Part shown: positions 8,440 through 18,296 of the stretch, piece by piece
Position numbering within the stretch: the first letter of the stretch is position 1
How the letters are laid out: every line of letters starts with the position of its first letter
Assembly (NCBI GenBank): GCA_947313855.1
Contig: CAMZNS010000035.1
Coordinates: 2,435 to 66,434 of the forward strand
Source of the DNA: an uncultured Deferribacteraceae bacterium
GTDB lineage: Bacteria > Chrysiogenota > Deferribacteres > CAMZNJ01
DNA: 64,000 bases
Direction: 5' to 3'
The notes under the pieces: model-generated
The model's input: only the letters and a program-made list of their open reading frames with translations
The model's database searches: none
Told to the model about the DNA's origin: nothing
Position numbers and translations under genes: made by a program

Positions 8440-11307
8440 CTACGACTCCACAACAACCTCGACGCATCGACTGCATAGGTTGGGATCGTCATCGTATCCA
8501 GTGTTATCGTTGTTGTGAGCCCAGCACCTTGGGCATTTGACCATTTCGCTTTTGGCAACATCCACTTTGGTTTGGCTCCCCTCTGCCACATAGGTTACGT
8601 CGTCTCCTAGTGTGCCGTTTACGACTGTGACCTTGGATACGATAAATATTCGTTTTAGGTCTTCGTCTATTTGTAGTATGGATGTGTCGTGGTAATCGAT
8701 GGTGATTTCGGTTGCGAGTGAGAAGTTTGCGACACCGTTTCGTCGTGCTATTTCCAGTGCTTTGGAGACGTCGGACTTTAGTGCTACAATGTTGTCCCAT
8801 TTTGCGACTAGTTCGTCGTCGTTGTAGTTTTTGTTTTTGGGCATATCGTTTAGGAATACCGATTTTGTTTTCCCGTTGAAGTTCGCCATGAAATCCCATA
8901 CTTCGTCAGCGGTGAAGGAGAGTACTGTTGACACTAGTATTGTTGATTCTTTGAGTATGTGCCAGAGAGCTGTTTGTGCACTTCGTCTTTTTGTTCCTGT
9001 AGTTTTTTCGGTGTAGAGTCTGTCTTTCAGGATATCCAGGTAGAAGGCTGATAGGTCACGTATGCAGAAGTTCAGGAATGAGTGGTAGAAGGTGTGGTAT
9101 TGGTGTTCGTCGTATGCTTTTTGGATACGTTGTTTGGTTATTTCCCACCTATTTAGGATATATTTGTCCATTTCCATTAGTGATTCGTAGGGTAGAGCGT
9201 CTGTGTCGGGATTGAAGTCGCCTAGGTTTCCGAGGATAAATTTGTATGTATTTCGTATTTTGCGATAACTTTCGGCAACGCGTTTCAGTATTTCGTTGGA
9301 TATTGGTAGATCTTCGGCGTAGTCTTCGGAGGCAACCCATAGTCGTAGAATATCGGCACCATATTGTTGTATAACTTCTTTGGGATCGATGACGTTGCCC
9401 ATGGATTTGGACATTTTTTTGCCTTTTCCGTCGAGTGTGAAACCGTGTGTGATGACGGTTTCGTATGGAGCTCGCCCTTCCAGCAGCACACTTTCCAGTA
9501 GCGATGATTGGAACCAGCCTCGGTATTGGTCTGATCCTTCGAGGTAGAGTTTGATATCATCCATGTTGAATTCGTCTTGCGAATCAGCGACAGCGGCGTA
9601 TGAAGCACCACTTTCGAACCAGACGTCGAGTATGTCCATTTCTTTTGACACGTTAGTTGATCCGCACCCGCATTTGTATCCATCCCCTAGGAAGTAGTTT
9701 GCTTCCTCTTTGTACCAGATATCTGAGGAGTGTTTGCGGAATTCGTCGAGTATTTTTTCTTGTAGTTCGGGTGTTATGTGCACTTCGCCACAGTCGTCGC
9801 ATGTAAATAGGGCGATTGGCACTCCCCAGACTCTTTGACGCGAGACGCACCAATCGGGTCGTCCTTGCACCATGATTGCCAGCCTTACGTCGCCCCATGA
9901 TGGTCGCCACTCAACTTTTTTGATGGCATCGAGGGCATTGTTTCTGAAGTTATTTTTGTCCATGCTGACAAACCATTGTGGTGTTGATCGGAAGTTGATG
10001 GGTTTGTGGCATCTCCAGCAATGTGGGTATGAGTGTTTAATTTTGGTGTGGCGAATAAGTGTGCCATTTTTGTCCATGTGTTCTACGATTAGCATGTTCG
10101 CCTTATTGATGTGCATTCCGCCAAATATTTCTAAATCTTTGTGATAGACTCCACTGCCACCCACGGGGCTGAGAACTTCGAGTCCATGTATTCGGGCAGC
10201 TTCGTAGTCCTCCATACCATGCCCCGGTGCAGTGTGCACAATACCGCTCCCACTTTCGTCGGTAACATGATCGGCAACGATCCCGCGCGACATACGGTTG
10301 TAAAACGGGTGTTTTGCTTCAATATCTTGGAACATGCTCCCTTTGATGGTGGTGATGGTGGTGAGTGTTTCCACGTCGAACACCTCTGCCAGCGAGCTCG
10401 CAAGTGACTCTGATGCAACAACAATACTGCCCTGAGTAAGGTTAGGGTTATTGCTAGCCCCCACCCTGAGTACGGCGTAGTCTAGGTCATCTTTGAATGC
10501 TATGGCAACGTTGGCGGGCAGAGTCCATGGTGTTGTTGTCCATATTATTGCGTTCACGCCTGTGGAGGCATACTCTTGCAGTCCTAGTTTTGTTAGTGAT
10601 TTTTCGTTGATTGCGAATTTGATGTACACAGATTCGGAGTTATGGTCGGCGTATTCAACTTCCGCTTCGGCAAGAGCTGTTTGGCATGACGAGCACCAGT
10701 GGACGGGTCGTAAGCCGCGATAGAGGTTTCCTTTGTTGTAGAAGCCGTACATATTTTTGAGTATTGATGCTTCGTAGGCGGGATCCATGGTAATGTATGG
10801 TGTTTCGAATCTGCCTAAAACCCCAAAACGTTTGAAAGTTTCGCGTTGAATGTGGATATATTTTTCGGCATAATCGCGACACATTTTGCGTATTTCCGAA
10901 GCTGAGTAGTTATTTTTCGGTTTTTTCAGTGATTTTTCAACTTGTAGTTCGATGGGTAACCCGTGACAGTCCCATCCGGGGATGTAGGGTGATCGATACC
11001 CTGAGAGTACTTTGTGTTTGACGATAAAGTCTTTCAGTATTTTGTTGAGTGCGTGTCCGATGTGTAGTTCACCGTTGGCATAGGGGGGGCCGTCGTGTAA
11101 AACATATGTTTCGGCGTTTACGCGTCGTTTTTGCACTTCGTTGTAGAGGTTCATGTCGTGCCATTTTTGTAGTCGTAATGGTTCTTGTTGTGGGAGTTTG
11201 GCCTTCATTGGGAAGTCTGTTGCGGGCAGGTTTAGGGTATGTTTGTAGTCGATAGCTTCCCCCTTTCCGTCCTGTTTCATCTTCCCTTCAGGTTTCGATT
11301 GAGACAT
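8440..11307 (-). CDS. ileS: Isoleucyl-tRNA synthetase (type 1)
   Basis: HDGPPYANG, HIGH, KMSKS, C-terminal CPRC/CSRC zinc site; start ATG 11307 after AGGGGGAG (ORF to 11334). Confidence 0.98.
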   Translation of the reverse strand: MSQSKPEGKMKQDGKGEAIDYKHTLNLPATDFPMKAKLPQQEPLRLQKWHDMNLYNEVQKRRVNAETYVLHDGPPYANGELHIGHALNKILKDFIVKHKVLSGYRSPYIPGWDCHGLPIELQVEKSLKKPKNNYSASEIRKMCRDYAEKYIHIQRETFKRFGVLGRFETPYITMDPAYEASILKNMYGFYNKGNLYRGLRPVHWCSSCQTALAEAEVEYADHNSESVYIKFAINEKSLTKLGLQEYASTGVNAIIWTTTPWTLPANVAIAFKDDLDYAVLRVGASNNPNLTQGSIVVASESLASSLAEVFDVETLTTITTIKGSMFQDIEAKHPFYNRMSRGIVADHVTDESGSGIVHTAPGHGMEDYEAARIHGLEVLSPVGGSGVYHKDLEIFGGMHINKANMLIVEHMDKNGTLIRHTKIKHSYPHCWRCHKPINFRSTPQWFVSMDKNNFRNNALDAIKKVEWRPSWGDVRLAIMVQGRPDWCVSRQRVWGVPIALFTCDDCGEVHITPELQEKILDEFRKHSSDIWYKEEANYFLGDGYKCGCGSTNVSKEMDILDVWFESGASYAAVADSQDEFNMDDIKLYLEGSDQYRGWFQSSLLESVLLEGRAPYETVITHGFTLDGKGKKMSKSMGNVIDPKEVIQQYGADILRLWVASEDYAEDLPISNEILKRVAESYRKIRNTYKFILGNLGDFNPDTDALPYESLMEMDKYILNRWEITKQRIQKAYDEHQYHTFYHSFLNFCIRDLSAFYLDILKDRLYTEKTTGTKRRSAQTALWHILKESTILVSTVLSFTADEVWDFMANFNGKTKSVFLNDMPKNKNYNDDELVAKWDNIVALKSDVSKALEIARRNGVANFSLATEITIDYHDTSILQIDEDLKRIFIVSKVTVVNGTLGDDVTYVAEGSQTKVDVAKSEMVKCPRCWAHNNDNTGYDDDPNLCSRCVEVVVES

Positions 11308-11596
11308 TATTGTTGCTCCCCCTTGTGAATACATTTAAATAAAGACTATCATTGTATCACACAACGTCCTTTAATGCAACGATACACATGAAAAAAAATT
11401 ATTATAATACCCCCATGAGTCGCACAATGATCTGCCCACAAAACTTTTTTTCACAATCCCCCCTGTTTTTTAGGTGAGCGAGGTGTGTTCGTCAAATAAA
11501 ATTATTTCCTTTGGTTAAATATTTGTGTTAGTATGTGAAAGAGTGTTTAAGTTTGACGCCTAAAATTAACTTTTCAGAAACTAGGAGGTTTCTACA

Positions 11597-12526
11597 ATGA
11601 AAAAACTACTACTTATGCTTACGATCAGCGTTGCTGCTGTATCCTTAGCTGCGTGTTCGCAATCTACCGCTAGCTCTGCCGATATTGAAAGCAGTGTTGA
11701 TAAATACCTTACCGACGATATCCAATCCAATATCGGATCTGAAGTAAACGTTACCGTTACTAGTCTGGAGAAGGTAGCCGAAATCCCAGGGTTCAGCTTC
11801 TTGCAAGTTGATATCTCGTTCGACCCAACCATGGGTATGCCATCCGACACCTTCTACATCATCAGCGATGGCAAATACATTATCCCCGATGTTATCTCCT
11901 TCGCAAACCCTCAGGAAACATTGCTAACAACGTATATTACTAAACATACAGCAACTGATGACAACTCTGCTGGTGTTGGTGCCCCACTAATGGGCAACTT
12001 CGACTACGCTACCCTAACACCAATATACGGCAACGCTGACGCGGCGATGAAAGTTGTTATTGCTAGTGACTTCCAGTGCCCATACTGTGGTGTTCTACAC
12101 GATCAGCTAATGCCCATGCTAAACAGTGGCAACTACGACAACCTCGCTGTGTACGCCCTTGAATTCCCACTTGACAGTATCCATCCTAAGGCACGCCTAC
12201 TGTCTCAAATACACGTTGCTAGCTCCATGGAAGGGAACACACTGCTCACTGACCAAATATTCAAGTACGCTGAAGAGAATGCTGAAACCATCTCAAACTT
12301 TTCCGATGCAGACATCCTCAACTACTTCGCAGGCATGACCAGTGACCCAACAGCATTCATCGCCCTAGCAACATCGCAAGAGGTTATGAATAGGGTTAGT
12401 GCAAACCAAAACTACGGCCTATCCATCGGCATTAACAGCACTCCAACAGTGTTTATCAATGGACAGCAAATTGACCTTGGATCCATGTCTTTAGAGGACG
12501 CTTTTGCTGCAATGTCGGCAATGTAG
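11597..12526 (+). CDS. DsbA/DsbG-like thioredoxin-fold lipoprotein
   Basis: Lipobox LAAC, SDFQCPYC active site, FPL motif, STPT cis-Pro loop; AGGAGG RBS. Confidence 0.88.
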   Translation: MKKLLLMLTISVAAVSLAACSQSTASSADIESSVDKYLTDDIQSNIGSEVNVTVTSLEKVAEIPGFSFLQVDISFDPTMGMPSDTFYIISDGKYIIPDVISFANPQETLLTTYITKHTATDDNSAGVGAPLMGNFDYATLTPIYGNADAAMKVVIASDFQCPYCGVLHDQLMPMLNSGNYDNLAVYALEFPLDSIHPKARLLSQIHVASSMEGNTLLTDQIFKYAEENAETISNFSDADILNYFAGMTSDPTAFIALATSQEVMNRVSANQNYGLSIGINSTPTVFINGQQIDLGSMSLEDAFAAMSAM

Positions 12527-12554
12527 GTTAACTCTTGTAGGTACACACTTTTCG

Positions 12555-12723
12555 CCTCACGGGGGTGCTCCTCACGGGGGTGCTCCTCAAGGGGATGCTC
12601 CTCACGGGGATGCTCCTCAAGGGGATGCTCCTCACGGGGGTGCTCCTCAAGGGGATGCTCCTCACGGGGGTGCTCCTCACGGGGATGCTCCTCAAGGGGA
12701 TGCTCCTCACGGGGGTGCTCCTC
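12555..12723. repeat. 15-bp tandem array (11 units, 3 variants)
   Basis: CCTCA(C/A)GGGG(G/A)TGCT x11. Confidence 0.97.
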
Positions 12724-12765
12724 GCAAGAGTAACGAATTTTTGTAGGTCGATAAAAGGGGGGTAG

Positions 12766-14121
12766 GTGTCCATTAGGTTAGGCTCTTCCCCCCTTTTTAC
12801 CTTGATGGCAACAACATCAATGCACACAGGACAAGGACACCAACTTATGACACCAAGCTCCCCCCCTCACCCCACTACTTCCGCAACTACTCACCCCACT
12901 ACTTCCGCAACTACTCACCCCACTACTTCCGCAACTACTCCTGCGAATATTCTTGCGACTACCCTCCTGACTATTCTTCCTAAAATCCCTCTACACCCCT
13001 TGCGTTTCTCTGTCTTTTTGCTCATCCCCATATTAAGTCTCACCCTCGCCCCCAAAACCTTCGCTGAGCCTAGCATTACTAACCTTGACCATGCTGTGGA
13101 AACCATGGAGCGTTTTTTCTACACCAACTACAAAGAGTATCGTATCAACACACAGACAAGGCTCCTCGACACACCTTTTTACACCACTAACATCACCATA
13201 CGCAACAATGCCATCTCCCAAGTGGTAGACTTTTATGTTTCCGACAAATACATGGCCATGCATATGTTTTACACCAAGTCAGGGGTACGTGCCACTCGTT
13301 ACAACCAGCTTGATGCTAGTCACAGTCCTAAGCCGTATTCCAGCCATGAGGTTGTTAAGTTTGTGAACGGTTTCCTCTCACAGAGTATCAACTCCCTTCT
13401 TGATTTCCAGTCTAGAGTAATCGAGCCTATCCCCTCCCTTCGCGGTTTCTATCTTTTGGAGGTTGAGGAGTACTACAACAAGCAGTTGATGCAAACTTAC
13501 ACTGTTATTTCCGATGGTGATGTGATAACTTTTGATCTCATCGAGATTGGTAGCGGTATTGAATACGGCGACAGATACCGTTACAATCACTCTCCAGAAA
13601 CATTTCAGAGCATAGACTACAGTAACTACGAGCTTATTTTTGGTAATGGTCGCGGTCGAAATAAAATGCTTATTATCTCTGACCTAGACAGTATCTACAC
13701 CGGCTTACTCGTTCGCAACTACCTACCTTTGTTCCGCCAACTCCCCTCCGTAGATATCTATTTTTTGCCGTTCCCCCAAGAGAGTCGTTATGTTAAGAGC
13801 CAACTACTGACCAATATTTTTAGTGCCTCGAGGATTATGGGTGGTCAGTCCAATGGTGGTAATTTGCTAGAGAGTCTCACTTCTCACAAGGTTAGCCAGC
13901 TCAATAGCTCCGATACCCTGACCTATTTTACCCGTATGTCCAGCAATCCCGATGAGTTTCTGAGCCTTGTGCAGTCCGAACGCATCAAACTTGCTTACGA
14001 TAATATTGTGTTTCAGAATTTGTACCTCAATGTTGATATAACTCCTTGGATAATATACAATGGCAATATTATCAAGGGGTACAATGAGGCCATGTTTTTG
14101 TACCTCATGGGGCGAAACTAG
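12766..14121 (+). CDS. Secreted DsbA-like paralog lacking CXXC
   Basis: C-terminal half aligns by eye to the upstream gene (IISDLDSIYT vs IASDFQCPYC; ITPWIIYNG vs STPTVFING); true start uncertain. Confidence 0.7.
   Translation: MSIRLGSSPLFTLMATTSMHTGQGHQLMTPSSPPHPTTSATTHPTTSATTHPTTSATTPANILATTLLTILPKIPLHPLRFSVFLLIPILSLTLAPKTFAEPSITNLDHAVETMERFFYTNYKEYRINTQTRLLDTPFYTTNITIRNNAISQVVDFYVSDKYMAMHMFYTKSGVRATRYNQLDASHSPKPYSSHEVVKFVNGFLSQSINSLLDFQSRVIEPIPSLRGFYLLEVEEYYNKQLMQTYTVISDGDVITFDLIEIGSGIEYGDRYRYNHSPETFQSIDYSNYELIFGNGRGRNKMLIISDLDSIYTGLLVRNYLPLFRQLPSVDIYFLPFPQESRYVKSQLLTNIFSASRIMGGQSNGGNLLESLTSHKVSQLNSSDTLTYFTRMSSNPDEFLSLVQSERIKLAYDNIVFQNLYLNVDITPWIIYNGNIIKGYNEAMFLYLMGRN
12867..12940. repeat. 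24-bp tandem repeat x3, in frame (HPTTSATT)
   Basis: TCACCCCACTACTTCCGCAACTAC x3. Confidence 0.95.
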
Positions 14122-14151
14122 CCACACTACTTATTTTCTCGAGTAACAACT

Positions 14152-16110
14152 ATGAATGAGATTAACAAGTTATCCGCCGATATTAGTAACAAGATTGCTG
14201 CCGGTGAGGTTGCCGAAAGCCCTATGCATGTTGTCAAGGAGCTTGTGGAGAACTCCTTAGACTCTGGAGCAACTGTTATCCACGTCTCCATCCAGAACGG
14301 CGGTCTCCAAAGCATTATTATTCGCGACAACGGCATGGGCATCCTCCCCCAAGACATGCCACACACTGTCGAGCGTTTCTGCACCAGCAAGATTAAGAAC
14401 TACTACGCCCCCGCGCAAATAAAAACCATGGGGTTTCGTGGTGAGGCACTTGCGGCCATTAGTGCTGTTTCTGAGTTTGAGATACACAGCATGCGAAGTG
14501 GCTACGATGCCAAGCGACTCTCCATGAATTCCAACACTAACCCTGCGGGTCAGGCTGTTGTCACCGATGCCGAGCCTATTTCAGGCACACGTATCATTGT
14601 GCGAAACCTATTCTACAACGTCCCTGCACGACGCAAATTTTTGAAAACACCAGGGCACTACACAAGGGAGATAACTCGGTTTATTAAGTTATTTGCAACG
14701 GTAAATTTGGGTATGGCTGTAACCTTGACTAGCGACGGTAAAGAGGTTTTTGTCATGAAGGAGCATCTGCCCTTTAAGGCACGAGCAGCCAACATGCTCG
14801 GGGTGACGAACCTTATTTCTGCCGAAATTACAACAGATGACGCCACCGTTTTCATTGTTTCCACAGATCCAACCATCCAAAAGCCTCGTCGAAATGGAAT
14901 TATGTTTGCAATTAATGGTCGCATTGTTAACGATCCATACCTCACAAATGCCATTACGCAAGCGTATCACAGACTCATACCCGCCAACACCTACCCCATG
15001 GCCGTTGTGTCGATTACTGTTGACAGCTCCGATGTTGATGTTAATGTTCACCCCAACAAGCTCGAGGTTAAGCTTCTCAATCAGCGTAGCGTGTTCTCTT
15101 TGGTGCACCGCTGTGTGTTGAAGGCACTGAGCAGTGTTGCCATGGAGAATGTTGCCCACGGCGAACACCACGGCGAACACCACGCAAGCACCAATATACG
15201 TAAACAAAGTGTGCAAAATAGTGACAGCACCTACCCCGAAAAAGATTACCATGCCAACAGCAGTGACGAACTGTACCTCAAGATAAAGGGGTACAAAGGG
15301 GGGACACAGGGGGGTGCCACGGCAGCAACCATCGCCCCGCAAGGTAGTCGCTCCTCAGGTTACTACAGCTATGAGCATGGTCGAAGCACTAATATTCCCC
15401 ATGCCCCACAAGCCCATGACCCTGAAAGTAGTAGCCCCACGCCCGCTCCTGCAAGCAATCGTTATGCACCCATTTTGGAGTCGTCCCTGCCGAAAGGTAT
15501 GGCTGCCGAAATATATGGCACAACCGTACCCAACACCGACGCAACGTCCCCCCTTACCGCCTTGGCACAACTCGACAACACCTTCATACTCTGCTCAAAC
15601 CAGCAAAACGACCTTGTTCTCGTCGACCAACATATCGCCCACGAAAGAGTTTTGTACGAAAAATTGCAACTCGAACAAACTACTCACAAACCTACTATCC
15701 ACCTACACACACCTGTAACCATGGATGTCACCCAAGAGGAACAAGACGCCCTTACCACAAATTCGCCATACCTACTCGAGCAGGGCTTCCAAGTTGACTT
15801 CAGCGACGACAACCGAAGTATTCGTATCCTTCAGGTGCCCATGGAGGTTTCCAAAGCCGACGTGGCTCAATCTGTGCGTAAAATCCTTCACGAACTAGCG
15901 GCTGACATACCTGTAAGCAGTCTCGATAAAACTAGCATGTCCCTCTCATGTCGCAAAGCCATCAAAGCGGGTGATGCGTTAGAGCTCCTCGAAATGCAGG
16001 ATCTCCTCCAACAACTATCACAAACATCCAATCCCCTCACCTGCCCACATGGACGTCCCATCATGGTGCGAATAAGTTTGGACAAGGTTAAGTCCATGTT
16101 TGGACGCTAA
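14152..16110 (+). CDS. mutL: DNA mismatch repair endonuclease MutL
   Basis: IAAGEV, KELVENSLD, GFRGEAL, DQHIAHER endonuclease motif, CPHGRP. Confidence 0.97.
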   Translation: MNEINKLSADISNKIAAGEVAESPMHVVKELVENSLDSGATVIHVSIQNGGLQSIIIRDNGMGILPQDMPHTVERFCTSKIKNYYAPAQIKTMGFRGEALAAISAVSEFEIHSMRSGYDAKRLSMNSNTNPAGQAVVTDAEPISGTRIIVRNLFYNVPARRKFLKTPGHYTREITRFIKLFATVNLGMAVTLTSDGKEVFVMKEHLPFKARAANMLGVTNLISAEITTDDATVFIVSTDPTIQKPRRNGIMFAINGRIVNDPYLTNAITQAYHRLIPANTYPMAVVSITVDSSDVDVNVHPNKLEVKLLNQRSVFSLVHRCVLKALSSVAMENVAHGEHHGEHHASTNIRKQSVQNSDSTYPEKDYHANSSDELYLKIKGYKGGTQGGATAATIAPQGSRSSGYYSYEHGRSTNIPHAPQAHDPESSSPTPAPASNRYAPILESSLPKGMAAEIYGTTVPNTDATSPLTALAQLDNTFILCSNQQNDLVLVDQHIAHERVLYEKLQLEQTTHKPTIHLHTPVTMDVTQEEQDALTTNSPYLLEQGFQVDFSDDNRSIRILQVPMEVSKADVAQSVRKILHELAADIPVSSLDKTSMSLSCRKAIKAGDALELLEMQDLLQQLSQTSNPLTCPHGRPIMVRISLDKVKSMFGR

Positions 16111-16129
16111 ACAAACGAATTCACGCTGA

Positions 16130-17035
16130 TTGCGAATAGGAGAACTACGCCTGAATAAAGTTACAATTATCACAGGACCAACAGCATCGGGCAAAACAAG
16201 CATGGCCATGAATCTTGCTCATCAGGCTGACATCGAAATAATCAGTGCTGACGCCTTCCAAATATACAAGTACATGAATATCGGCACAGCCACACCACAT
16301 CACAACGAACTGGAAGCCATACCACATCACCTCATCAACACGCTAGACCCAACAGAGCCCTATTCGGCAGGGAAATTTGTGTCCCAATGCGAAAACTTAA
16401 TCTCGGAGATACAAAAAAGAGGCAACACACCTCTAATCGTCGGCGGAACAGCAATGTACATCAACTCCCTAGTGAGTGGCATGTTTCAAGAACCGGAAAA
16501 AGTTACTCAAACCAAAGCAGACTTCTACCAGCAACACAAACACACACCTGTGGACAAGCTCTACAGCCAACTGAAAATAGCCGACAGCACATACGCAGAA
16601 AAAATAACGCATGGGGATAGACAAAAAATAATTCGTGCACTACATATTTGCCAAACCACTGGGGAAACTTTCACTCATGCACAAAAAATATTCCACACAC
16701 AACCACGATTTACCTACAACGTAGTTGTCGTCTCCAATCAGCGGGAAGTACTCTACCAAAACATAAATAATCGCGTTGCTTTAATGTTTGAAAATGGTTG
16801 GGTTGACGAGGTGCAAAATTTAATCAACATGGGGTACGAACCCAGTAATGCCAAGGGGTTTCAGGCTATCGGATACACCGAAATTTTCAACTACTTACAA
16901 CCAGAAAATACCACAAAACTACAAGATATCATCCACAGCATTGCCACAAAAACTCGACGATTTGCTAAGCGACAACTCACATGGTTCCGCAACTCAAACC
17001 TGTACCACACAACAAACTCTCTGACACCGAAATAA
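16130..17035 (+). CDS. miaA: tRNA dimethylallyltransferase
   Basis: GPTASGKT, ISADAFQIYKYMNIGTA, AKRQLTWF; mutL-miaA-hfq synteny; real start may be CTG 16151. Confidence 0.96.
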   Translation: MRIGELRLNKVTIITGPTASGKTSMAMNLAHQADIEIISADAFQIYKYMNIGTATPHHNELEAIPHHLINTLDPTEPYSAGKFVSQCENLISEIQKRGNTPLIVGGTAMYINSLVSGMFQEPEKVTQTKADFYQQHKHTPVDKLYSQLKIADSTYAEKITHGDRQKIIRALHICQTTGETFTHAQKIFHTQPRFTYNVVVVSNQREVLYQNINNRVALMFENGWVDEVQNLINMGYEPSNAKGFQAIGYTEIFNYLQPENTTKLQDIIHSIATKTRRFAKRQLTWFRNSNLYHTTNSLTPK

Positions 17036-17041
17036 TACCCT

Positions 17042-17071
17042 TTGCATTTTTTACTATTTTCATGTTATACT
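17042..17071 (+). promoter_or_regulatory. Probable sigma-70 promoter for hfq
   Basis: TTGCAT, 18 nt spacer, TATACT with extended -10 TG. Confidence 0.5.
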
Positions 17072-17151
17072 TAAGCAGTCTTTACAATAACTTATCTAAG
17101 TTTAGCTAAACGATATGGGGGATAGATAGGAATAAAGGGGGTAAACATACG

Positions 17152-17400
17152 ATGGACACTAAGAAAGTCAATATTCAAGACACTGTTTTGAATCATCTAC
17201 GCAAAGCTAAGGTGCCTTGTAGCATTTTTTTAGTAAATGGGGTTAAACTAAATGCAGTTATTAAGGGTTTCGACAACTTCGTCATTGTTGTTGACGACGG
17301 CAATACCAAGATGGTGTATAAACACGCCGTCTCAACCATTGCACCAACACAGCCCATGGATGATAGCTTCCAGAGCCTAATCGACAATGGCAAAAGCTAA
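17152..17400 (+). CDS. hfq: RNA chaperone Hfq
   Basis: [26 protein letters not shown]. Confidence 0.97.
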   Translation: MDTKKVNIQDTVLNHLRKAKVPCSIFLVNGVKLNAVIKGFDNFVIVVDDGNTKMVYKHAVSTIAPTQPMDDSFQSLIDNGKS

Positions 17401-17515
17401 TCGTCACCTTAACACAACTACTTGATGGGAAGCACCTACAACGTTATGCTCCATTGGTACTACTATTAATAATAATGGAGCTCAACAACCTACCAAGGAA
17501 GTCCTATTTTCCCAC

Positions 17516-17578
17516 AAGCGAGAGCCAGAACCTAAGGACTCTCTTCTAAGCGAGAGCCGGAACCTAAGGACTCTCTTC
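17516..17578. repeat. 32-bp-period tandem duplication of a hairpin-forming unit
   Basis: AAGCGAGAGCC(A/G)GAACCTAAGGACTCTCTTC at 17516 and 17548. Confidence 0.9.
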
Positions 17579-17635
17579 CACCCTATTTGTTTAGTTAGCC
17601 AAGACTTATCAATACGGCTGAGCGTCGCAGGTACT

Positions 17636-17741
17636 GTGTCTGTTTGCTACTCCACAAGCGTGTTTGCTAGAAGTACATCGACCTCATAAACAAGTCATCC
17701 CTCAACGTGTCTGTTTGCTACTCCACAACCGTGTTTGCTAG
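17636..17741. repeat. 35-bp direct repeat duplicating the 3' end of the dCMP deaminase gene
   Basis: GTGTCTGTTTGCTACTCCACAA(G/C)CGTGTTTGCTAG at 17636 and 17707. Confidence 0.93.
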
Positions 17742-18257
17742 TTGCTCGAACACTCTCAACATCTTCATATACTCTGAAGATTCCACTTTTAAGTGCACAA
17801 ACTCTATCTTGTTGCCAATATCATTAATTATTGTGTCAGCCATGCCATCGTTGTAGCTCTCACTGTACACAACCCTCTTAATGCCAGCGTTGATAATCAC
17901 CTTGAGGCACATGGAGCACGGTTTTGTAGTGCTGTACAAGGTGCATCCATCTGTGGCGATACCATGTCGTGCACAGTGTGCAATTGCATTCATCTCACCA
18001 TGGGAACCACGACAGATATGAAGCTTTTCCCCCGACGGTATCCCCTGATCGTTGCGTAAGCAGCCCACCTCAGATGCATGGGGCAAGCCAGAGGGGGCAC
18101 CATTGTACCCCGTGGCAACAACGCGATTATGCTTTACTAGTACCGCACCAACAGCCCTGCGAATACAGGTCGACCTTGTTTTGACCATATGCGACATTAG
18201 CATGAAGTAGTCGTCCCAAGATGTGGCAGTATTGTGTAGCTTTGAAACATTGCTCAT
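17718..18257 (-). CDS. dCMP deaminase family (ComEB-like)
   Basis: WDDYFM, RSTCIRRAVGA, TGYNG, HGEMNA, PCSMC zinc motif. Confidence 0.93.
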   Translation of the reverse strand: MSNVSKLHNTATSWDDYFMLMSHMVKTRSTCIRRAVGAVLVKHNRVVATGYNGAPSGLPHASEVGCLRNDQGIPSGEKLHICRGSHGEMNAIAHCARHGIATDGCTLYSTTKPCSMCLKVIINAGIKRVVYSESYNDGMADTIINDIGNKIEFVHLKVESSEYMKMLRVFEQLANTVVE

Positions 18258-18296
18258 TATTTTTCATACCTAGAAATAGTTTTAATCGGCACTTCA

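Noticed and set aside
17636-17741. DGR template/variable repeat pair
   Set aside because: Only 35 bp, the single mismatch is G/C rather than at adenine, and there is no reverse transcriptase in the window.
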